A stretch of DNA of 64,000 bases from Candidatus Tepidifontimicrobium thermophilum (GTDB taxonomy: Bacteria; Sysuimicrobiota; Sysuimicrobiia; Sysuimicrobiales; Sysuimicrobiaceae): contig JAVKHO010000008.1 in NCBI GenBank assembly GCA_031459915.1, forward strand, positions 1 to 64,000, in the 5' to 3' direction. Position 1 is the first letter of the stretch. Each line of letters begins with the position of its first letter. Shown in pieces: positions 57,328 through 64,000 of this stretch. Made by a program: the position numbers and the translations under genes. A model generated the notes under the pieces. The model saw only the letters and a list, made by a program, of their open reading frames with translations. It was not told the DNA's origin and made no database searches.

Positions 57328-59140
57328 CGCCACGTGATCCCGCAGCCAGGGCCTGGCGACGGGCCCGGTACTCGGGGACGGTGACCATGGGCGGTCGCTC
57401 CGCCTCCACCACCTCCCGCTCCTCCAAAGACAGCCGCCCTTCCTCGTAGCGCACCAGCTTCAGCGTCCGGGCCGCGGCGTCCAACAGGGGTGTGCCCAGC
57501 CGGTCCTCCAGCCGCCGCGCGATCACCTGCACGATCTGGAACGCCATCAGGGACAGGCTCTGCAGCGACTGGTTCCGGTGGACCCGCTGCTCCAGGTCCA
57601 CCTGCCCGATGGCCTCCAGCCCGAACCGGTTCAGCAGGTCGATCAGCATCCCCGTCTCCACTCCGTAGCCGGTGAAGAAGGGGATCTGCTCCAGCGCGTC
57701 CCTCCGCCCCGCGTACTCGCCCGCCAGGGGCTGGATGAGGCCCGACAGCTGCGGGAAGAAAAGGTTCAGCAGGGGACGCGCTACCAACTCCGTCACCCGG
57801 CCCCCGCCGGTCTCGTACAGCCGGTCGCCGATCTGGACGGGACGGCGGTAGTACCCCTTCACGAACAGGATGCGGTCCTCCCGCAGGAGCGGCCCCACCA
57901 GGCCATAGACGAACTTCGGGTGCATGTTGCGGATGTCCGTGTCCACCCAAACCACCACGTCGCCCCGAAGCACGTACAGGCTCTTCCACAAGGCCTCCCC
58001 CTTGCCCCGGTACGAGCCGAGGTGGGGGAGGACCTCCCGGTGGCGGTAGACGGGGATCCCCTCCTCCTCTGCGATCTCCCGCGTCCGGTCGGTGGAGTCG
58101 CTGTCGATGAGCACAATCTCGTCCAGCAGCGGGACGTCGCGCATCAGGCGGTCCCGCAGCACCCGGATGATGGCCCCCACGGTTTCCTCCTCGTTGAGGG
58201 CCGGCAGTCCCAGGCTGATGGTCCAGGCGCGCCGGCGCTTGAGCTCCACCAGCCGGTCCAGGTCCTGGAACTCCCGGGCGTGGAAGGTGTTCTCCGCGAA
58301 CCACTTCTCGACTTCTGGCCTGGACCAGCGGGCCGGCGCGGTGGCGTGCTCTGCCAGCCACGTCTGCACAGACTGCCCGCTGCGCACCACCACCAGGGGC
58401 TCCACCGCCCGGAGGACAGGCTGGACCGCAGGGCGGCTGGGATCCGCGGTGGCGCCTACGACCACCGCGGTGTACGCGGGCGCCTCGCGGGCGATCACGT
58501 GGGCGGCGCTGCCGGCCGCGATGCGCTTGCGCACCGATCGCTCGGCCCGCTGCATCACCACCAGGTAAGGGCGCTCCTCCCGCCAGCGGTCCCGCTCGGA
58601 GATGTCCTCCCGGAACACGTGCAGGGCGGTGACCTCCCCGCCCGAGGCCTCCGCCAGTGCCTGAGCCACGCGCAGCGCCAGTTCCGCGTTGGGCCCGCCG
58701 CGCACGCCCACCAGCAGTCGGCACAGTGCCTCCGCAGGCAGGACGGGCGCGAGGACCGTGTCGCAGGGCGCACTGCGCAGCAGCTCGTCCGCGGAGTGCC
58801 CGAACAGGGGTTCGTCCAGACCCTTGGGCCGGAGGAGCACTAGGAGTTCCGCACCCTCCTCCTTGCATGCGGCAGTGATTTCCCTCCACGGCTCGTAGCC
58901 GGCCCGCACCAGGGTCCGCACGGGGGGGTCTGCCCCCAGCTCCCGCACCGCGGCTTCCAGCAGCTCCCGGCAGCGTTGCGCCGCGGTGGCCGCGCTGCTG
59001 AGCGGTTCCCGCTGCGGCACTGCCACGGGCTGGCACAGGACGGGCTCTACACTCCAGGCGCGGCTGAGGGGCAAAAGTAGGGTCAGGGCGGCCCGGGCGT
59101 CCTCTGGGCGCGCTAGGGCGGCCAGCACGCAGCGACCCAT
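57320..59140 (-). CDS. gpgS: Universal stress protein domain(s) fused to glucosyl-3-phosphoglycerate synthase (GT81)
   Basis: N-terminal USP (FGHSADELLRSAPCD); C-terminal LPALNEEETVG, GKGEALW, DTD, GGRVTELVARP, QPLAGEYA, GYGVETG, RVHRNQ. Confidence 0.85.
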   Translation of the reverse strand: MGRCVLAALARPEDARAALTLLLPLSRAWSVEPVLCQPVAVPQREPLSSAATAAQRCRELLEAAVRELGADPPVRTLVRAGYEPWREITAACKEEGAELLVLLRPKGLDEPLFGHSADELLRSAPCDTVLAPVLPAEALCRLLVGVRGGPNAELALRVAQALAEASGGEVTALHVFREDISERDRWREERPYLVVMQRAERSVRKRIAAGSAAHVIAREAPAYTAVVVGATADPSRPAVQPVLRAVEPLVVVRSGQSVQTWLAEHATAPARWSRPEVEKWFAENTFHAREFQDLDRLVELKRRRAWTISLGLPALNEEETVGAIIRVLRDRLMRDVPLLDEIVLIDSDSTDRTREIAEEEGIPVYRHREVLPHLGSYRGKGEALWKSLYVLRGDVVVWVDTDIRNMHPKFVYGLVGPLLREDRILFVKGYYRRPVQIGDRLYETGGGRVTELVARPLLNLFFPQLSGLIQPLAGEYAGRRDALEQIPFFTGYGVETGMLIDLLNRFGLEAIGQVDLEQRVHRNQSLQSLSLMAFQIVQVIARRLEDRLGTPLLDAAARTLKLVRYEEGRLSLEEREVVEAERPPMVTVPEYRARRQALAAGSRGDG

Positions 59141-59218
59141 GGCAAGGGCAGTTTACCGCCTGACGGGGGGCTGCCGCACCGCCTCAGGAGAGGGGTGCCA
59201 GGGCTGGATCCCGAAGAG

Positions 59219-60283
59219 ATGACCATCGTGAGCTACGTGTTGGACGACGCGGGACGCCGTTCCGCCCTGGACCCCCAGGACATGGTGGGGTTGGTCGTGC
59301 GCACCCCCGAGTTCCTGCGGGAGGGGTGGGAGCTGGGGTTGCACCTCGGGTCCCCCCCACCATCTCCCCGACACCTGCTGGTCCTGGGCATGGGCGGATC
59401 CGGGATCGGCGGAGACCTCCTACGCGGCCTCCTGTACGACCGGGTCGGCTTCCCCGTCACGGTGGTGAAGGACTACAGCCTGCCCGCGTGGGTGGGCCCC
59501 CAGGACGTGGTGTTCGCCTGCTCGTACTCCGGGAACACGGAGGAGACCCTGAGCGCGTACGGGGCAGCGGGCAGGGCGGGCGCGCGGCGCGTGGCGGTGA
59601 CCTCGGGCGGCCAGCTGGCAGACCGGGCCCAGGCGGAGGGAATCCCGTGGGTGCGGATTCCTCCGGGCCTACCTCCCCGGGCGGCTCTGGGCTACCTGCT
59701 GGGCCCGATGCTGGGAGCCCTGCACCGCTGGGGGTGGACGGAGGGGCTGGAGGAGGAGGTGGGCGAGGCGGTGGCAGTCTTGCGGGAGCTGTCCGCTCGG
59801 TGGGGCCCGGAAGTACCCACCGTGGACAACCCCGCCAAGCAGCTGGCGAGGGCCCTGGTGGGCCGCCTCCCCGTGGTCTACGCCACCTCCCGCCTGTCGG
59901 AGGCGGCCGCGCTGCGTTGGAAGACGCAGCTCAACGAGAACAGTAAGGTGTACGCCACGTGGAACGTCTTCCCGGAGCTGAACCACAACGAGACGGTGGG
60001 CTGGGCGCTGGCCGGACAGCCGGAGGGGCTGCTGGAGGTAGTGATCCTTCGGGACCCAGAGGATCCGCCGAGGCTCGTGCGCCGCCTGGAGGTCACCCGG
60101 GAGGTGGCGCTGGGCGCGGCGGGCTTCCACGAGGTGTGGGCCCACGGCCACGGGCGCCTCAGCCGGGTGCTGTCCCTCGTCTTGTTCGGGGATCTCGTGA
60201 GCGTGTATCTTGCTTATCTGAACGAGGTGGATCCGACCCCCGTGGCGGCCATCGACGAGCTCAAGCGGCGCCTGGAATCCTAG
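59219..60283 (+). CDS. Bifunctional phosphoglucose/phosphomannose isomerase
   Basis: GMGGSGIGG, SYSGNTEET, RWKTQLNENSK, PELNHNE. Confidence 0.92.
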   Translation: MTIVSYVLDDAGRRSALDPQDMVGLVVRTPEFLREGWELGLHLGSPPPSPRHLLVLGMGGSGIGGDLLRGLLYDRVGFPVTVVKDYSLPAWVGPQDVVFACSYSGNTEETLSAYGAAGRAGARRVAVTSGGQLADRAQAEGIPWVRIPPGLPPRAALGYLLGPMLGALHRWGWTEGLEEEVGEAVAVLRELSARWGPEVPTVDNPAKQLARALVGRLPVVYATSRLSEAAALRWKTQLNENSKVYATWNVFPELNHNETVGWALAGQPEGLLEVVILRDPEDPPRLVRRLEVTREVALGAAGFHEVWAHGHGRLSRVLSLVLFGDLVSVYLAYLNEVDPTPVAAIDELKRRLES

Positions 60284-60315
60284 TCGGGGACAGACCGAAG
60301 GAGGCGAAATCCGGC

Positions 60316-61422
60316 ATGGCCCGGGTGTTCCTGGAGAACGTAACGAAGCGGTTCGGGAACGTGGTGGCGGTGAACCGGGTGACGTTGGAGATCCCGGACC
60401 GGCAGTTCACGGTTCTGGTGGGGCCCTCCGGGTGCGGGAAGACCACCTGCCTGCGCCTGATCGCGGGGCTGGAGGAGGCCACGGAGGGGAACATCTACAT
60501 CGGAGACCGGTTGGTGAACGACGTCCCGCCCAAGGACCGGGACATCGCCATGGTGTTCCAGAACTACGCCCTGTACCCGCACATGACCGTGTACGACAAC
60601 ATGGCCTTCGGGCTGCGGTTGCGGAAGTACCCGAAGGCGGAGATCGACCGGCGGGTCCGGGAGGCGGCCGCCATGCTGGGCATCGAGAACCTGCTGGACC
60701 GGAAGCCGCGGCAGCTGTCGGGCGGGCAGCGGCAGCGGGTGGCGGTGGGCCGGGCCATCGTGCGGGAGCCGCAGGTGTTCCTCATGGACGAGCCCCTCAG
60801 CAACCTGGATGCGGCCCTGCGGGTCCAGACCCGCGCGGAGCTCAAGAAGCTGCACGCGAGGCTGCAGACCACCACCGTGTACGTGACCCACGACCAGGTG
60901 GAGGCCATGACCATGGGGGACCGCATCGTGGTGATGCGGGACGGGGTGGTGCAGCAGGTGGACAGCCCCATGAACCTGTACGAGAAGCCCGCCAACCTGT
61001 TCGTGGCGGGCTTCATCGGCAGCCCCTCCATGAACTTCGTGCCGGGCGAGGTCCGTCAGCGGAACGGGACCCTGGTGTTCGACGCGGGGGCCTGGCAGGT
61101 CCCCATCCCCCCCGACCTGCACGAGTACGTGCGGCCGTGGGAGGGACAGCGGGTGATCTTCGGGATCCGGCCAGAGCACATGGAGGACGTGGCCCTGCGC
61201 GACGGACAGCTGCCCCCCTCCTTCGTCACCCTGCGCGCGAAGGTGGAGGTCCACGAGCCCCTGGGTTCCGACGTGATCCTGTACCTGGACGCGGGCGGGC
61301 ACTCCCTGGTAGCCCGGGTGGACGCCCACAGCCAGGCGAAGATGGGGGACGAGGTCACGGTGGCCATGGACCTGCGGAAGATGCACCTCTTCAACGCGCA
61401 GACCCACGAGGCCATCGTGTAG
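60316..61422 (+). CDS. Sugar ABC transporter ATP-binding protein (MsmK/UgpC type)
   Basis: GPSGCGKTT, VFQNYALYPHM, LSGGQRQR, GFIGSPSMN. Confidence 0.93.
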   Translation: MARVFLENVTKRFGNVVAVNRVTLEIPDRQFTVLVGPSGCGKTTCLRLIAGLEEATEGNIYIGDRLVNDVPPKDRDIAMVFQNYALYPHMTVYDNMAFGLRLRKYPKAEIDRRVREAAAMLGIENLLDRKPRQLSGGQRQRVAVGRAIVREPQVFLMDEPLSNLDAALRVQTRAELKKLHARLQTTTVYVTHDQVEAMTMGDRIVVMRDGVVQQVDSPMNLYEKPANLFVAGFIGSPSMNFVPGEVRQRNGTLVFDAGAWQVPIPPDLHEYVRPWEGQRVIFGIRPEHMEDVALRDGQLPPSFVTLRAKVEVHEPLGSDVILYLDAGGHSLVARVDAHSQAKMGDEVTVAMDLRKMHLFNAQTHEAIV

Positions 61423-61426
61423 CCGG

Positions 61427-62296
61427 CTACCCGGACGGCCCCTTGTCCTCCACGGCCTTCTGAGCCAGGTCGCCCAGGGGTGCCAGCAGCCGCGTGAACT
61501 CCATGGGGAACACGAACTTGGTGGCGGGGCTCTCGCCCAGGGCCTTCAGAGCCTCCAGGTACTGCAGCGTCATGGTCTTGCTGTCCACGTTGCGGGCCAC
61601 GCTGAAGATCTTGTCCAGGGCCAGGGCGAACCCCTCCGCCCGCAGGATGGCCGCCTGGCGGTCTCCCTCCGCCTTCAGGATGGCTGCCTGCTTTTCGCCC
61701 TCCGCCACCTTGATGGCCGCCTCGCGTTTGCCGTCTGCCTCGGTCACCACCGCCCGGCGGTTGCGCTCCGCGGACATCTGACGGGTCATGGCCTCCTGGA
61801 CCTCCCGCGGCGGGAGGATCTCCCGGATCTCCACCGCGGTCACCTTTACACCCCACCGCTCGGTCACCTCGTCCAGCTTGGCCCGCAGCACGTGGTTGAT
61901 CTGCTCCCGCCGGGCCAGGACGTCGTCCAGGACGATGTCCCCGATCACAGCGCGGAGCGTGGTGGTGGCGATGCCCCGGGCCGCGCCCGCGAAGTCCGCC
62001 ACCTGGATCACGGAGGCCTCGGGCTCCACCACCTTCCAGTAGATCAGAAAGTCGATGTTGATGGGCGCATTGTCCTTGGTGATGCACGTCTGGGAGGGGA
62101 TCTCCAGGAAAGCCTCCCGCAGGTCCACCCACACGGCGCGGTCCACGAAGGGGATGAGGAAGACGATGCCGGGACCCCGCTGGCCCACGGACCGCCCGAA
62201 CCGGAACACCACCAGCCGCTGGTACTCCCGCACGATCTTCACCGCGGAGTACAGCAGCCACAGGCCGAGGACGGCGGCCGCTACCAGGTACGTCAT
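61427..62296 (-). CDS. SPFH/Band 7 (stomatin-like) protein
   Basis: VREYQRLVVFRFG, ITKDNA, WGVKVTAVEI, AERNRRA. Confidence 0.92.
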   Translation of the reverse strand: MTYLVAAAVLGLWLLYSAVKIVREYQRLVVFRFGRSVGQRGPGIVFLIPFVDRAVWVDLREAFLEIPSQTCITKDNAPINIDFLIYWKVVEPEASVIQVADFAGAARGIATTTLRAVIGDIVLDDVLARREQINHVLRAKLDEVTERWGVKVTAVEIREILPPREVQEAMTRQMSAERNRRAVVTEADGKREAAIKVAEGEKQAAILKAEGDRQAAILRAEGFALALDKIFSVARNVDSKTMTLQYLEALKALGESPATKFVFPMEFTRLLAPLGDLAQKAVEDKGPSG

Positions 62297-62384
62297 CGTT
62301 CACCTCCCGCGGTACGCCCGTGGGTTCGTAGCGTATCTTTGAGCTCGAAGGGCCGGGTTCCTGCAGGGAGTCGGGAGGTGTGCG

Positions 62385-63326
62385 GTGGCGCAGGCCGCGG
62401 TGGCCGTGGACCTGGGCGGGACCTGGATCCGGGCAGGGCGGGTGAGCCCGGCGGGGGCGGTGATGGAGGCGGTGCGGGTGCCCACACCGCAGACGGGGCC
62501 CGAGGCGGTGGCGGACGCCATCGGGGAGCTGGTCCGACGCCTGGGGCCTCTGCCGCCGGGCAGGGTGGGCGTGGCGGTGCCGGGCCCCCTGAGCGTGCGG
62601 GAGGGCGTGGTGTTCGAGCCCCCCAACCTGAAGGGCTGGAGGGACGTTCCCCTGCGCGGGATGCTGGAGGAACGGCTGGGCCGGCCCGTGGTGCTGGAGA
62701 ACGACGCCAACGCTGCTGCGGTGGGCGAGTGGTGGTGCGGGGCGGGACGCGGCAGCCGGCACCTGGTGTACGTGACGGTCAGCACGGGGGTAGGAGGCGG
62801 CTTGGTGCTGGACGGGCGGCTTTACCGGGGGGCCACCGACACCGCGGGGGAGATCGGACACGTGCTGGTGGACCCGGAAGGACCGGTGTGCTCGTGCGGC
62901 CGGCGTGGCCACCTTGAGGGCATCGCCTCAGGCCCTGCCATCGCCCGCTGGGTGCAGGAGCGCATCCGGGAGGGCCGGCCCAGCGTTCTGGCGACGGGGC
63001 GGCCATTTTCCGCGCGGGAGGTGGCCGAGGCCGCGGAGGCCGGCGACGCCCTGGCCCGGGAAGCCTTTGAGAGGGCCGGAAGGTACCTGGGCTGGACGGT
63101 GGCGGGTTTGCTGAACCTGCTCAACCCGGAGGTGGTGGTGATCGGCGGGGGGGTGGCGCGGGCGGGGCGTTGGCTGTTCGACCCCCTGCGGGAGGCTGCC
63201 CGGGAGGCCAGCTTCGAGCGTCCGTGGCAGGCGGCGCGCATCGTGCCCGCAGCGCTGGGAGACCGGGCGGGTTTAGTGGGAGCCGCGTACGTGGCGATGG
63301 AGGAAGGAGGGATCTCTGGTGGCTAG
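62385..63326 (+). CDS. ROK family sugar kinase (glucokinase-like)
   Basis: [27 protein letters not shown]. Confidence 0.9.
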   Translation: MAQAAVAVDLGGTWIRAGRVSPAGAVMEAVRVPTPQTGPEAVADAIGELVRRLGPLPPGRVGVAVPGPLSVREGVVFEPPNLKGWRDVPLRGMLEERLGRPVVLENDANAAAVGEWWCGAGRGSRHLVYVTVSTGVGGGLVLDGRLYRGATDTAGEIGHVLVDPEGPVCSCGRRGHLEGIASGPAIARWVQERIREGRPSVLATGRPFSAREVAEAAEAGDALAREAFERAGRYLGWTVAGLLNLLNPEVVVIGGGVARAGRWLFDPLREAAREASFERPWQAARIVPAALGDRAGLVGAAYVAMEEGGISGG

Positions 63327-63882
63327 AGTCTCGGTCCGCGTAGGGGGAGGAGTGCTAGAGCTGGTGCAGGGCGACATCACGCGGCAGGCCACCGAAGCCA
63401 TCGTGAACGCGGCCAACCCGAGCCTGATGGGCGGAGGGGGCGTGGACGGTGCCATCCACAGGGCCGGGGGACCGGCCATCCTGGAGGAGTGCAAGCAGAT
63501 CGTGAAGACCCTCCCGGGACGGCGGCTTCCGCCAGGCCAGGCGGTGATCACCACCGGTGGGAACCTGCCGGCCCGCTACGTGATCCACACCGTGGGGCCC
63601 GTGTGGCGGGGCGGCCAGGAGGGAGAGGACGAGGTCCTGGCCAGCGCTTACCGGTCCAGCCTGTTTCTGGCCAAGGAGAGAGGGCTGCGGTCGGTGGCGT
63701 TCCCCTCCATCAGCACCGGGGCGTACGGCTTCCCCGTGGAGCGCGCGGCACGCATCGCGCTGCGCACCCTGCTGGAGTTCCTGCGGCAACACCCCGGGAG
63801 CTTCGACGTGGTGCGCATGGTCCTGTGGAGCCCCCAGGACTTCGAGACGTACCGGCGGGCTCTGGAAGAGCTGGCGGGCTAG
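63319..63882 (+). CDS. Macro domain O-acetyl-ADP-ribose deacetylase
   Basis: [34 protein letters not shown]. Confidence 0.93.
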   Translation: MARVSVRVGGGVLELVQGDITRQATEAIVNAANPSLMGGGGVDGAIHRAGGPAILEECKQIVKTLPGRRLPPGQAVITTGGNLPARYVIHTVGPVWRGGQEGEDEVLASAYRSSLFLAKERGLRSVAFPSISTGAYGFPVERAARIALRTLLEFLRQHPGSFDVVRMVLWSPQDFETYRRALEELAG

Positions 63883-63913
63883 GGGGGCCCGGGGACCCGC
63901 CGGCCCCACGCGG

Positions 63914-64000
63914 TCACAGAAGCAGCCGCACGGGGTTCTCCAGCAGGCGCTTCACGTTCACCAGGAACTGGGCGGCCCCCACCCCGTCGGTCACCCGGTG
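63914..64000 (-). CDS. 2-oxoacid dehydrogenase E2 (dihydrolipoamide acyltransferase), C-terminal end only
   Basis: Manual translation HRVTDGVGAAQFLVNVKRLLENPVRLLL*, matching the (D)HR..DG catalytic motif. Confidence 0.85.
   Translation of the reverse strand, partial: HRVTDGVGAAQFLVNVKRLLENPVRLLL

Noticed and set aside
1..64000. tRNA, rRNA, IS elements, integrases or prophage genes
   Set aside because: None recognised; nearly all sequence is explained by the listed genes

Overview
A gene-dense, very GC-rich bacterial chromosome segment; the gene content suggests a thermophile, but lineage cannot be fixed from this window. I found no rRNA, tRNA, CRISPR array or transposase. In order, it holds: the 5' end of a DAHP synthase under a Trp T-box; a seven-gene Mrp antiporter operon with DUF502 and two Nudix genes; a divergent phenylphosphate synthase (PpsA/PpsB-like) and phenylphosphate carboxylase beta (UbiD) module with two HAD phosphatases and a PAS-LuxR regulator; an OGG1-like glycosylase; a LysR-archease-amidohydrolase-TAXI/TRAP run; a Ser T-box operon (class V aminotransferase, serA, serS); trxA and trxB; an atypical J-domain protein; chrA; ccmF/ccmH; a sulfonate/nitrate-type ABC transporter behind a candidate Cys-containing leader peptide; a coiled-coil/PD-(D/E)XK protein with 63-bp tandem repeats; hspR-hsp20-dnaK-grpE-dnaJ-clpB with a variant HAIR-like operator; purEK; arsR-arsN-arsM with twin operators; a USP-GpgS/GH63/MscS/GlgC compatible-solute operon; and sugar-metabolism genes. 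The strongest candidate for an undescribed system is the minimal phenol phosphorylation/carboxylation module at 7.7-14.4 kb. All protein calls come from motif recognition by eye; no database searches were run.
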